Assembly: GCA_030704845.1 (NCBI GenBank)
Contig: JAUYKZ010000023.1
Location: forward strand, 14,262-78,261
DNA from: an archaeon
Lineage (GTDB): Archaea > Nanobdellota > Nanobdellia > Woesearchaeales > GW2011-AR9
Length of the DNA stretch: 64,000 nucleotides
Reading direction: 5' to 3'
Of the stretch, positions 51,267-60,355 are shown in pieces. How positions within the stretch are numbered: the first letter of the stretch is position 1; each line of letters starts with the position of its first letter. Both the position numbers and the translations under genes were made by a program. The notes beneath the pieces were generated by a model. The model was given only the letters and a program-made list of their open reading frames with translations. It had not been told where the DNA came from and did no database searches.

Positions 51267-51413
51267 AACTATTCGGCGCTGTCCAGAAAGTCATAAAAAT
51301 GTATACTGGGGCACGGCGCTCATTACGAGCTTCACTTCGTTTGCTCGTGCGCCTCGACTACGTCAGGGCGCCAGTATACAAAAAAGAGACTTTCTGGACA
51401 GCGCCAACTATTC
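51267..51413. mobile_element. second MITE-like element: 18-bp perfect TIRs, 8-bp flanking direct repeats, GC-rich core
   Basis: The flanks both read aactattc (51267-51274 and 51406-51413). The TIRs are ggcgctgtccagaaagtc (51275-51292) and gactttctggacagcgcc (51388-51405). The interior is GC-rich with nested stems. Confidence 0.5.
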
Positions 51414-51449
51414 GTTAACCTTTTAAATCATTTAATCTTTCTTACCATA

Positions 51450-51965
51450 ATGGTTACTTCAATCATCATTAAAAGCCTTTATTTTTTCTTACCGGTATAT
51501 TTTGCTAATATGGCTCCGGTATTATTCAAATGGTTACCTTTTAAGAAACCAATAAGTAAAAAAATGTTTGGTAAAAACAAAACGTGGAGAGGATTGATTG
51601 TGGCTATATTAGTTGGTGGAATTGTTTTCTGGGCACAGAAACTTCTTTTTAATGCTGGTTTTGTTTCCCTAGCTTTCATTGATTATCATGATTTCCCCAT
51701 ATACTATGGTTTTCTGTTAGGAATTGGAGCAATTTTAGGTGATCTTGTCAAGAGTTACTATAAACGTAAAGTAGGAATAAAACCGGGCGATTCTTGGTTA
51801 TTTTTTGATCAAGAAGATTTCGTGATTGGAGCATTTTTATTCTCATTATTTTATTATGTTCCGCCTATAGAAATTGTTTTTACATTATTCCTGGTAAGTC
51901 CATTTTTACATATGGCAGCAAATTATACCGGTCATCTTCTTGGAATTCGTGAAAAACCGTTATAA
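51450..51965 (+). CDS. carS: CDP-archaeol synthase (CarS, DUF46 family)
   Basis: About 170 aa and multi-TM. The GDLVKSYYKRKVGIKPGDSWLFFDQED region resembles the CarS cytoplasmic loop motif. Confidence 0.55.
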   Translation: MVTSIIIKSLYFFLPVYFANMAPVLFKWLPFKKPISKKMFGKNKTWRGLIVAILVGGIVFWAQKLLFNAGFVSLAFIDYHDFPIYYGFLLGIGAILGDLVKSYYKRKVGIKPGDSWLFFDQEDFVIGAFLFSLFYYVPPIEIVFTLFLVSPFLHMAANYTGHLLGIREKPL

Positions 51966-51998
51966 AAGTTTATAATAAATAGTTCATTCTAGGTTAAT

Positions 51999-52364
51999 AT
52001 GACTAAAAGTTTGACTGATATTATTAAAGATGCACCAGCAATTGCGGTGCCATTTGTAGCTCTTGGTGCAGGAGCATTATTTTATGCTTTTGATAATATT
52101 CTGGGAAATGATTCAACAGGGCTAGATTATTGCGTTGCGGCATCTTCGGGATTAATTGGAGCATTTCTCCCACGTAAATCACAGAAAATTGCTTCTTTAG
52201 TTACTATTGCAACAACACTTTCTCCAGAATTAATAGGTTTCTATACTAGCCAAGAACCAACGGGAGGAGAAGCTATAATTGCTGCTAAAGGTTTTCTTTT
52301 TGGGATGAGTTATGCTCTTACTAAAGTTTATCTTGGCATTATGGCCGTTTCTTCAAGGAAGTAG
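51999..52364 (+). CDS. small membrane protein
   Basis: Hydrophobic, Gly/Ala-rich helices. Confidence 0.3.
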   Translation: MTKSLTDIIKDAPAIAVPFVALGAGALFYAFDNILGNDSTGLDYCVAASSGLIGAFLPRKSQKIASLVTIATTLSPELIGFYTSQEPTGGEAIIAAKGFLFGMSYALTKVYLGIMAVSSRK

Positions 52365-52905
52365 ATCGTTTCTTTTTTCTAAACCATTTATATTGTTTAT
52401 AGAGTCCATATAAATTCATTACACCTGCGAAAGAAGCAGCTATCAAAGGAAGTTTAATTACAAGAATAATTAACACCCACGTTCTCGTGAAATAAGCTGG
52501 TGCTTCGAATTTGGTATAAAAATAAATCCCCTGAGATAATATAAAGAATAATACCGCAAGACTTGCAATGGAACTTTCTGAATAAGATGCTATTTTCAAC
52601 AACATCCCTAAATTAACCAATCTATCAACTAATAAATCAAATGATTTGCCTTCCGCTGTTGCGCCTTTAATTCTTGCTACGACTCCGTCTAAAGCATCAA
52701 GGAATAGATGAATTAAGACGAAAAGAAAGAATAACAGATGATTTTGAAATAGAAAATAAACCGCGAGTATACCAGCAAAAAGAGATGCGAAAGTCACCAT
52801 ATTTGCGGTAACACCTTTCTTAACAAGGTAGTGAGCTACTTTTTTCATCGGCTTCTCTTTTTTACGACGGAACCATGCCATAACTCTAGAGTTTAAATTA
52901 GCCAT
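52339..52905 (-). CDS. CDP-alcohol phosphatidyltransferase (archaetidylserine/inositol-phosphate synthase-like)
   Basis: DALDGVVARIKGATAEGKSFDLLVDR matches the D-G-x2-A-R-x8-G-x3-D-x3-D signature. Multi-TM. Confidence 0.7.
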   Translation of the reverse strand: MANLNSRVMAWFRRKKEKPMKKVAHYLVKKGVTANMVTFASLFAGILAVYFLFQNHLLFFLFVLIHLFLDALDGVVARIKGATAEGKSFDLLVDRLVNLGMLLKIASYSESSIASLAVLFFILSQGIYFYTKFEAPAYFTRTWVLIILVIKLPLIAASFAGVMNLYGLYKQYKWFRKKKRSTSLKKRP

Positions 52906-52944
52906 GGTAATATATATAAAGTATCACTATAAAAACGTTTCCAT

Positions 52945-53217
52945 ATGATGTTATATGATGCAGAAGTTCAGAAAGTATTGGATAAAATAAAAGAATCTAA
53001 TGCAAAAACCGTTTGCATTCAGCTACCGGATGGTATGAAACCTTATGCAAAAGAAATTGAAGAAAAGATTAGGGAAGAAACTGGAGCAAGAGTTTTAATC
53101 TGGCTTGGAAGTAATTTTGGTGCTTGTGATATTCCTTTAGGTTTAAATAAAATGGGAGTCGATCTTCTCGTCTCTTGGGGACATAACATTTTCCATAAAA
53201 AAATGGAGGGATGGTAG
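52945..53217 (+). CDS. dph2: Dph2 N-terminal segment (2-(3-amino-3-carboxypropyl)histidine synthase), ends at in-frame TAG
   Basis: VCIQLPDGM...VLIWLGSNFGACD...SWGHNIF aligns with the archaeal Dph2 N-terminus. Confidence 0.6.
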   Translation: MMLYDAEVQKVLDKIKESNAKTVCIQLPDGMKPYAKEIEEKIREETGARVLIWLGSNFGACDIPLGLNKMGVDLLVSWGHNIFHKKMEGW

Positions 53218-53220
53218 AAG

Positions 53221-53970
53221 ATGGAAACATTATTCTTAGAAGCGACTTATTCAGGAACCGTAGAATTATGTCCAGAGACTATTTCTTACCTAACGAAGAA
53301 AGGGTATACCAAGATTGGATTATATGCTTCCGTGCAGTTTGTTGGAAAACTGGAGACGGTAGAATCACAACTTAATGAACTAGGGGTCACTTCGGTTACA
53401 TCACGACCAGATAGAACTCACGTTAAAGGACAATTGTTAGGTTGCGACAATTATCATAATTCTTTAAATTTAGATAAAGATATTCAAGTTTACCTATATG
53501 TCGGCGATGGACGTTTTCATCCTCTAGCTTTAGTTTATGCTCAGAAGGATTCTAATGAGATGAAAGAAATTATTTGTAATGATCCCATTAATAAGAGGAT
53601 GGTTTTAATGGGAATAGAAGACATTTGTACTATTCTTAAAAAATATCGTGGGTCGTTGGTTAAATTCTTCACAGCTAAGATGGTGGGTGTTCTTATTACG
53701 ATTAAACCTGGGCAAGAACAATTTAAACCGGCTCTATTATTAGAGAAGAAATACCTCGATAAAAGGTTCTATTACTTTATTGACAATGTTATATCTTTTG
53801 ACCAGCTCGAAAATTTCAATTTTATCGACGTATGGGTCAATACTGCTTGTCCGAGGGTAGGATTTGACGACCAAGAGAAGTTTGTTAGAGGAGTAATTAA
53901 TCTAAATGATGCTCTCTCGGTCGAGGAGATCCTTGGAAAAGAGAGTGTATTTAATAAAAAAATCCAATAA
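53221..53970 (+). CDS. dph2: Dph2 remaining segment, same frame, ATG one codon after the TAG
   Basis: QLLGCDNYHN, VGDGRFHPLAL and VNTACPRVGFDD align with the Dph2 domain 2/3 cysteine motifs. Confidence 0.6.
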   Translation: METLFLEATYSGTVELCPETISYLTKKGYTKIGLYASVQFVGKLETVESQLNELGVTSVTSRPDRTHVKGQLLGCDNYHNSLNLDKDIQVYLYVGDGRFHPLALVYAQKDSNEMKEIICNDPINKRMVLMGIEDICTILKKYRGSLVKFFTAKMVGVLITIKPGQEQFKPALLLEKKYLDKRFYYFIDNVISFDQLENFNFIDVWVNTACPRVGFDDQEKFVRGVINLNDALSVEEILGKESVFNKKIQ

Positions 53971-54186
53971 TCTCTACTGAGGACAATTCTATATGGATTT
54001 TTAGTGTTCCCTATAATGGATTAAGATTCTAAACTCTGCACTCATATGAAACAATCATTGCTAAAAAGTTCTCGTCAGAGAGTCGTATTCTATCGACGAT
54101 AGGAGAAAGCTTTATATACAATGGTTGTTTAATTCACGTCGAAAGCTAGTCTTTCAAAATAAAAAAACAGAGAGGTGGGATGAAAT

Positions 54187-54570
54187 ATGGCTGAACTTGT
54201 AGCAAAAGTTGGACTTAAAAAAGAGCCTGGATTTCTCTATTTCCTAGACAAAGGCGGAAACGTTGCTCGAGCTCGTATGAGTCGAGTTAAAATGCGAGGA
54301 AAATCCAAGATCGAAGTAGTAGCAAAAGTAGGAGTTAAAAAAGTATCCGGATACCTTTACTTTATTGATAAGAAAGGTAATGTTTCAAGAGCAAAAATGG
54401 CTCGTGGAAGAAAATCTGGAAGCGGTAAGAAAAAAGTTGCTAAAAAGAAAGTAGCAAAACGTAAAGCTGCTCCAAAAAGAAAAGCTGCTAAAAAGAAATC
54501 GGTTAAGAGAAAAGCTGCTCCAAAAAGAAAAGTTGCTAAGAAAAAAGTAGCTAAGAAAAGAAAAAGATAA
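54187..54570 (+). CDS. lysine-rich small protein with a duplicated module of about 31 aa and a histone-H1-like KRKAAPKRK tail
   Basis: ELVAKVGLKKEPGFLYFLDKGGNVARARMSR is repeated as EVVAKVGVKKVSGYLYFIDKKGNVSRAKMAR. Tandem DNA repeats of agaaaagctgctccaaaaagaaaag encode the tail. Confidence 0.5.
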   Translation: MAELVAKVGLKKEPGFLYFLDKGGNVARARMSRVKMRGKSKIEVVAKVGVKKVSGYLYFIDKKGNVSRAKMARGRKSGSGKKKVAKKKVAKRKAAPKRKAAKKKSVKRKAAPKRKVAKKKVAKKRKR

Positions 54571-54610
54571 TTTTTTTTTCTTATTTTTTTTTAATTTTTT
54601 TAATAGTGAA

Positions 54611-54620
54611 TTTTATAAAA
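54611..54620 (+). promoter_or_regulatory. putative TATA box (ttttataaaa) about 26 nt upstream of the dus ATG
   Basis: Read directly. Confidence 0.35.
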
Positions 54621-54640
54621 AGATACATTAATTCTAGGTT

Positions 54641-55573
54641 ATGTTACCAAAATTTAGCAGTAAAGCTTTCCTTGCCCCTATGGCAGGTGTATCTGACCCA
54701 GCTTTGCGTCTAATCTGTAAAGAGCTTGGAGCAGGGTTAGTTGTCACAGAATTTACAAGTATTCATGCTATTACTGCTAAAAGGGATGATATCACTAAAT
54801 TTATTGAATTCTCTCCAAAAGAAAAGCCAATTTCGGTACAATTGTTTGGTTCAGATTTAGAAAAATTGAAACAAGCAGTTAAGATCGTTGAGCCACATTT
54901 TGATATTATTGATTATAACCTGGGTTGTCCAGCCCCCCATCTTACTCAACAGATGGCTTGTTCTGCTCTATTACAAGAACCAGAGTTAACAAGGAAAATC
55001 TTCAGAACAATGGTTAAAGCGACAAAAAAACCAATAACGATTAAGATAAGGTCGGGAGTTTCTTTGCCTGATAAGTGGAAAGAAATAGCTTTAATCGCAG
55101 AAGAGGAAGGTATAGCTATGATCACTTTCCATCCAAGAACTGTTAAACAAGGGTACTCTGGACAGGCCGATTGGTCTTTGATAACAGAATTGAAAGAATT
55201 GGTAAGTATTCCTGTCGTTGGTAATGGAGACGTGCAGACGCCCGAAGATGCTAAAAGAATGTTTGAAGAAACAGGATGCGATTATGTTATGATTGGAAGA
55301 GCTGCAGGTAAAAATCCGTTTATTTTTACTCAAATAAATGATTTTTTATCCACTGGATCTTATAAAGAAGTTGATCTAAAAGAAAGGATTATGGTATTCT
55401 TTAGATATCTTGAATATTCAAAAATGTATCCCACAATTAAATTTGTAAATATCCGCATGCAAGCTATGAATTTCACTAAAGGAGTCAAAGGTGGAAAAGG
55501 ATTACGGGAAAAGTTAATGAAGGCAAAGGATATTGAAGAGTTAAAAAGCATTTTGGAAGGTGCAATATTATAA
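54641..55573 (+). CDS. dus: tRNA-dihydrouridine synthase
   Basis: FLAPMAGVSDPALRLICKELGAGLVVTEF N-terminus of Dus TIM-barrel enzymes. A catalytic Cys lies in NLGCPAP. Confidence 0.75.
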   Translation: MLPKFSSKAFLAPMAGVSDPALRLICKELGAGLVVTEFTSIHAITAKRDDITKFIEFSPKEKPISVQLFGSDLEKLKQAVKIVEPHFDIIDYNLGCPAPHLTQQMACSALLQEPELTRKIFRTMVKATKKPITIKIRSGVSLPDKWKEIALIAEEEGIAMITFHPRTVKQGYSGQADWSLITELKELVSIPVVGNGDVQTPEDAKRMFEETGCDYVMIGRAAGKNPFIFTQINDFLSTGSYKEVDLKERIMVFFRYLEYSKMYPTIKFVNIRMQAMNFTKGVKGGKGLREKLMKAKDIEELKSILEGAIL

Positions 55574-56298
55574 TGAAAAAAGGACATCAACAGTACATTT
55601 TGGAAAAGGAATCGGTTAAACATCGAGTTCAAAAACTGTTAAGTAACCATGGTTATTGTTCACGAAGGAAAGCTGAAGATTTGATTAAAGATGGTCGAGT
55701 TACGGTAAATGGAAAGAAAATAACCATCGGCGATCAGGCAACCGAGAAAGATACGATAGCTGTTGATGGAAAAGTTGTTGGTAGGGAAAGGAAGGTATAT
55801 TTAATCTTTAACAAGCCAGTTGGATGTGTAACTGCGTTACGTGATCCTCAATATAAAACTGTAATGAGTTATATCTCCGTGAAGGAAAGAGTTTTTCCGG
55901 TCGGTAGATTAGATTATAACACTTCAGGATTATTATTATTGACAAATGATGGAGATTTTGCTAACAAAATTATGCATCCAAGTCATGAAATTAAAAAGAA
56001 ATATTTGGTAACCCTAGATGGTCCAATCGATAAAAAAGCTATCGATAATCTTCAGCACGGAGTACAGTTAGATGACGGTAAAACAAGACCTGTTAAAACT
56101 CATGTAGTTGAACCACATGTAATTGAGATAAGTATCCATGAAGGTAAAAATAGGATTGTTCGAAGAATGTTTACTGCTCTTGGTTACCGAGTAAAAGCTC
56201 TTAGTCGGGTAGCTGTGGGTAAATTATCTTTAGGAGATTTAAAAGTAGGTACGTATCGTAACCTTACCAAGAAGGATATTGATCGGATATTTATTTGA
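55573..56298 (+). CDS. pseudouridine synthase, RsuA/RluB family (S4 domain plus catalytic domain)
   Basis: N-terminal S4-like RVQKLLSNHGYCSRRKAEDLIKDGRVTVNG and the catalytic VGRLDYNTSGLLLLTNDGD aspartate motif. Confidence 0.7.
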   Translation: MKKGHQQYILEKESVKHRVQKLLSNHGYCSRRKAEDLIKDGRVTVNGKKITIGDQATEKDTIAVDGKVVGRERKVYLIFNKPVGCVTALRDPQYKTVMSYISVKERVFPVGRLDYNTSGLLLLTNDGDFANKIMHPSHEIKKKYLVTLDGPIDKKAIDNLQHGVQLDDGKTRPVKTHVVEPHVIEISIHEGKNRIVRRMFTALGYRVKALSRVAVGKLSLGDLKVGTYRNLTKKDIDRIFI

Positions 56299-56340
56299 GA
56301 TTTGGTAAAGTTTAAATAACCAATAACTTATTTTCAAAAT

Positions 56341-57042
56341 ATGAAAAAAATAATCATTCCTTGCGTGTTTTTACTCTTAGTTTTTATTGTGTCTTCTTGC
56401 TCAACTCAATTTGTTTGTTCAGATGGAAGTGTTACAGACTCTCCAGATAACTGTCAAGGAGCCGATGTACAGGATAATAGTGATGTTGTTCAAGCAGATG
56501 AAGTTGTAGGATTTCCTGGCGGATTAATGGAACTAATCCAGAAAGGTCAGAATGTTCAAAGTTTTACTTATGATTATAAAGAAATTAGTAAACCAAAAGA
56601 ACCAACTTATCCGTATAAAATTTATGGTTCTACTGTTAAAAGATATCTTCCAGTTAAAACTGGAATTCTTAACCAGAATGAACTGGATGTAATTATTTCT
56701 GACAGATTATCGAAAACATCTCTGGGATACTGTGAAAGTTTGAAATATTGTATTAAACAAGGCGAGATTGGTTCAGTTGATTTTAGTGAATACTATGTAG
56801 ATACCCCATTTGATTGGTTAGATAGAATTCAACGTGCAGAGATAGAAACTAAGAATGAAGAATTATTTGGACGTGGAGTTTGGAAAGTTATCGCAAATAA
56901 CGGCGAATTTACGATTTGGATTGAGAATTATTATGGTGTTCCATTGAAAGTATCTACAGTTTCTGAAACTTACGAATTTAGAAATCCCAAATTTAACACC
57001 ATTAAGAGTAATGATGTTGAGTTTGAGGAAATTTCTTCTTAA
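56341..57042 (+). CDS. hypothetical lipoprotein
   Basis: Signal peptide with SSCS lipobox. Confidence 0.35.
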   Translation: MKKIIIPCVFLLLVFIVSSCSTQFVCSDGSVTDSPDNCQGADVQDNSDVVQADEVVGFPGGLMELIQKGQNVQSFTYDYKEISKPKEPTYPYKIYGSTVKRYLPVKTGILNQNELDVIISDRLSKTSLGYCESLKYCIKQGEIGSVDFSEYYVDTPFDWLDRIQRAEIETKNEELFGRGVWKVIANNGEFTIWIENYYGVPLKVSTVSETYEFRNPKFNTIKSNDVEFEEISS

Positions 57043-57338
57043 TAATTTCTTTTATTCAATTGAATAAGTGGTTTCAGGCGATATCAACACTTCTTTGTTT
57101 TCATACCCGAGAAGATTATTTAATTGTTCCAGTGTTCCTTCATATCCAACAAGAACCATTTTTTTAGATTGGTCGGTTATTCTTACATCTGGAAGATTGA
57201 CCAATTTTTCAAGAAGAGTTTCTAGAGATAAATCTTTAGATTTAATTCTTAGAATGTAATTTTCCATAATCTGGTTTAGCTGTGATTTTATTTAAAGGTT
57301 CTTAAAATTTATAAACTACGCTAGATTCTCACCTTAAA

Positions 57339-57980
57339 ATGGATGATTATATTGAAATTTTTATCGATTCTCAGGATTTAATAACAAGTAGTCCTAACAT
57401 TCCATTTCAAAATAAATTGGATGAATTGATCCAGCGTATCGAGAAAGAAAATGCTTGTTCTATTCCAGCCTTAGGGTTAGAAGAAAACCTTCAAGGTTCG
57501 GTAACACTGGGAGTTAATGCTTGGATGCACCAATCTGTATTTGATGGAATGAGAACAGAATTGGAAGATACTTACGGTAATGTTCAAGTTAAAATAGCTA
57601 ACGTTCTTTTTGAGGTTAGATCTCGTGATTATGGTTTAACTAGAGATTTGGTTGGAAAGTTAAGAAAACGTAATATTGTAGTTGAAGGTTACTGGCTTAT
57701 TGATCTTAATAAAGCTAGATTTATTGACTGTTTATCAGATAGAACTTATAAAGATATTAAACAGATGGCTAATGAAAAAGAAAGATTCTGGTATCTTAGT
57801 TGTAGAGCTGAAAAGAGTTCATATTTTGAAGATTTGTTTGAAACTGAACTTGTTCCTTACAAGAATGGCGATGTGTTTTCTCCGCATGTGAATTTTGGTA
57901 TGATTAAAGGTTTTGTAATACCCGATGATCTTAAGAGGTATATTTCTGAAATTAATCTTTATAATGCCCATGGAATTTGA
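57339..57980 (+). CDS. hypothetical protein
   Basis: ORF only. Confidence 0.3.
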   Translation: MDDYIEIFIDSQDLITSSPNIPFQNKLDELIQRIEKENACSIPALGLEENLQGSVTLGVNAWMHQSVFDGMRTELEDTYGNVQVKIANVLFEVRSRDYGLTRDLVGKLRKRNIVVEGYWLIDLNKARFIDCLSDRTYKDIKQMANEKERFWYLSCRAEKSSYFEDLFETELVPYKNGDVFSPHVNFGMIKGFVIPDDLKRYISEINLYNAHGI

Positions 57981-58162
57981 GTTAAGAAAAAATTGAATGT
58001 CTTATTCTCCTAAAACTTCTAATACTTTTTTCTCTAGTCGTGTAAGTTTGACTTTTTCTAAATGGATGTTGGTACTATGATGTTCTGTTTCATTCGCCAG
58101 GTGTATTTTAAGTGGGCTAATATTGATAAACAAATAACTATTAAATTTAATCCCACGTTATA

Positions 58163-58203
58163 GGGGTGTCTACAAAAGCGAAAGATTTAAATATGTAGAC
58201 ACC
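58163..58203. repeat. hairpin ggggtgtctac-N21-gtagacacc, 12 nt upstream of the fic ATG
   Basis: Read directly. It has the same 9-bp stem as the hairpin starting at the fic stop codon (59107-59138). Confidence 0.5.
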
Positions 58204-58214
58204 TTTAAAATATT

Positions 58215-59108
58215 ATGTTTATAGAAATTAGAAAAAGAGGAAAGAGTAAAAAGTATTATCTTGTTCATTCATATAGAGAAAGTGGTAAAATCAAGAGAAT
58301 TTCTCGTTATCTTGGTTCTAATCTTAACGAGAATAAACTACTAGAATTAGAGAAAAGGGCAGAACAGCATATCTTGGAAGGAATAAAAGAAAGAAGTATT
58401 CTTGAGTTTGAGTTAACTAAAAAAGAGATTGAAGAGTATAAAAAGTATGAGACAGATATTGAAATAAAACATTTACAAACATTAAATTGGAAACGATTTA
58501 CTGAAACTTTTACTTATAACACAAATGCTATAGAGGGTTCAACTGTTGCCCTCTCTGAAGTTAAGGAATTGTTGAGTGGAGAAGAAGAACCTCAAGGTGC
58601 GGACGATATTGAAACTCTTAATGTAGCAAAAGCCGTTGAATATATTCAAAAATCTAAAGAAAAGATAACTTTGAATTTTATTAAGCATCTCCATTTAATT
58701 TGTTTTAAAGGAACTAAGGGGTTTGCGGGTAAGTTGAGAGAAGTAAATGTTGTAATTAGGGATAGTCAAGGAAATGTTGTTCATGAAGGAGCACCAATAA
58801 ATAAAGTAAGGAGTTTGGTTGAAGAGCTTTGTAATTGGTATATTAAACATAAAAATAAATATCCTCCGTTACTTCTTGCTGCCGTCATGCATAATCAGTT
58901 TGAGAAGATACATCCATTTCAAGATGGTAATGGAAGAGTCGGAAGATTATTATTAAATTATGTTTTGTTACAGCACAAATATCCTCCAATTAACGTTCGT
59001 TTACGAGATCGAATTAGGTATTACAAGTGTTTACAAGAATATGATCAAAAGAATGATATCAAGTCTACTTTGAAATTTTTGATTAGTGAATATAAAAAAC
59101 AGTTTTAG
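58215..59108 (+). CDS. fic: Fic/Doc family protein (putative AMPylase)
   Basis: HPFQDGNGRVGRLLLNYVL matches HPFx[DE]GNGRxxR. TAG stop. Confidence 0.75.
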   Translation: MFIEIRKRGKSKKYYLVHSYRESGKIKRISRYLGSNLNENKLLELEKRAEQHILEGIKERSILEFELTKKEIEEYKKYETDIEIKHLQTLNWKRFTETFTYNTNAIEGSTVALSEVKELLSGEEEPQGADDIETLNVAKAVEYIQKSKEKITLNFIKHLHLICFKGTKGFAGKLREVNVVIRDSQGNVVHEGAPINKVRSLVEELCNWYIKHKNKYPPLLLAAVMHNQFEKIHPFQDGNGRVGRLLLNYVLLQHKYPPINVRLRDRIRYYKCLQEYDQKNDIKSTLKFLISEYKKQF

Positions 59109-59138
59109 GTGTCTACGTTTGGATTATGTAGTCACCCT
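59107..59138. repeat. hairpin aggtgtctac-N12-gtagtcaccc followed by a T-run, starting at the fic stop codon
   Basis: Read directly. One mismatch relative to the upstream stem. Followed by cttttttagggg. Confidence 0.5.
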
Positions 59139-59278
59139 TTTTTAGGGGTGGGATTTCATAATAAGAAGGGTATGCCCCCGCCGTACAAAGGCGTCTTATT
59201 CTAAATCTCGATTAGAATGTGATGGTTGTAATTACAATTAAATTGTTGATGTATTTATATATTTCTATTCTGTCGAGG

Positions 59279-59569
59279 CTATTTCTTCATTTGTGTCTCA
59301 TCTGGTACAAATGTCGGGTTGTTAAATGGGTTTAGTATTTGTATTAATGTACCAAAATAACCTTTCTTTTTATCTAAATCTCCTCTGAATAATATAATCA
59401 AAGCGATAGCATTTGGAACAAGAAATTCGGAAAAATCCATGATATTATCAGCTAGAGAAATATCTGGATAAATTAGGGAAATAATGAATGAAGAAATAAA
59501 TGACCCTGTTGCAACTCTAAAAAAAATAATTCCCCACCTGAACCCCTTAAAGATCTGTTCTTCATTCAT
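59279..59569 (-). CDS. small membrane protein
   Basis: Hydrophobic ORF. Confidence 0.25.
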   Translation of the reverse strand: MNEEQIFKGFRWGIIFFRVATGSFISSFIISLIYPDISLADNIMDFSEFLVPNAIALIILFRGDLDKKKGYFGTLIQILNPFNNPTFVPDETQMKK

Positions 59570-60355
59570 TTATTCTTTGGAATTCTGCTTATATTAAAAA
59601 TTGTGTTTACACTTTCCAAAAACCGTTTTACAAACCACTTAAACAACCCCCTCTACTAACCCTGCATGGTAAAATACAAATTTACAACCCATGCGCGAGA
59701 ACTTCGTTATTGTGAAATCTGCGATTAACAACTTAGCTTCCATGAAACTATTCTATGTAAAATTTGCCTAAAAGAAGCTGTCTCAATAATGAAACGAGGT
59801 GATAATCGTGGATAAGATCATGGTGATCTCTCTCTTTATTGGAGCTTTAAGCATTCTTGGGAGTTATATTTTCCTGATTATATCTTTCTTAAGGAAGAAT
59901 TATTTTTCTAGTTCTAAATTTGGAGGATATAGGGTCTGAGACTGCAAAGAATAAAGGAATCGAGGTTCAAAAGCCGTTCCTACTTAATGTTTCAAACATT
60001 GAAGCTTTGAGCATACACACGGAGGTACACGACAATGGAAACGACAAATGAATTTAAGGAAAACATACACAGAAGCAGAGCTTCTGGTACATCCGAAAAT
60101 GAGTTTCGGAATGAACCAATAGTAGAAACACAGATTAGTAAGAGTAAGGATGGGAAGTACGTCTTGCATAAGACAATAATCACAGATATTAAACCGGTGG
60201 GGTATTATCAGAAGGTTATTGGGGGGGAGTAATTCCTCCTTTTAACCAACGAAAAGTTTATAAATAATGTCAACATTTAATGTTTACGATAAAACAGAGG
60301 CAGGTGAATAAGATGGCGAAAAGAGAGAAGAATAATGGTCTGAGGATAGATATAA

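Noticed and set aside
4960-51413. Numerous intergenic hairpins/palindromes considered as a possible CRISPR array
   Set aside because: The repeats are not identical units at regular spacing with unique spacers. They are dispersed, different in sequence, and each is self-complementary. No cas genes are present.
53215-53217. In-frame TAG in dph2 as evidence of pyrrolysine or global stop-codon reassignment
   Set aside because: TAG terminates many other well-defined genes in the window (NYN protein, homoserine dehydrogenase, CDC48, fic, nth, MnmC-like). No pyl genes are seen.
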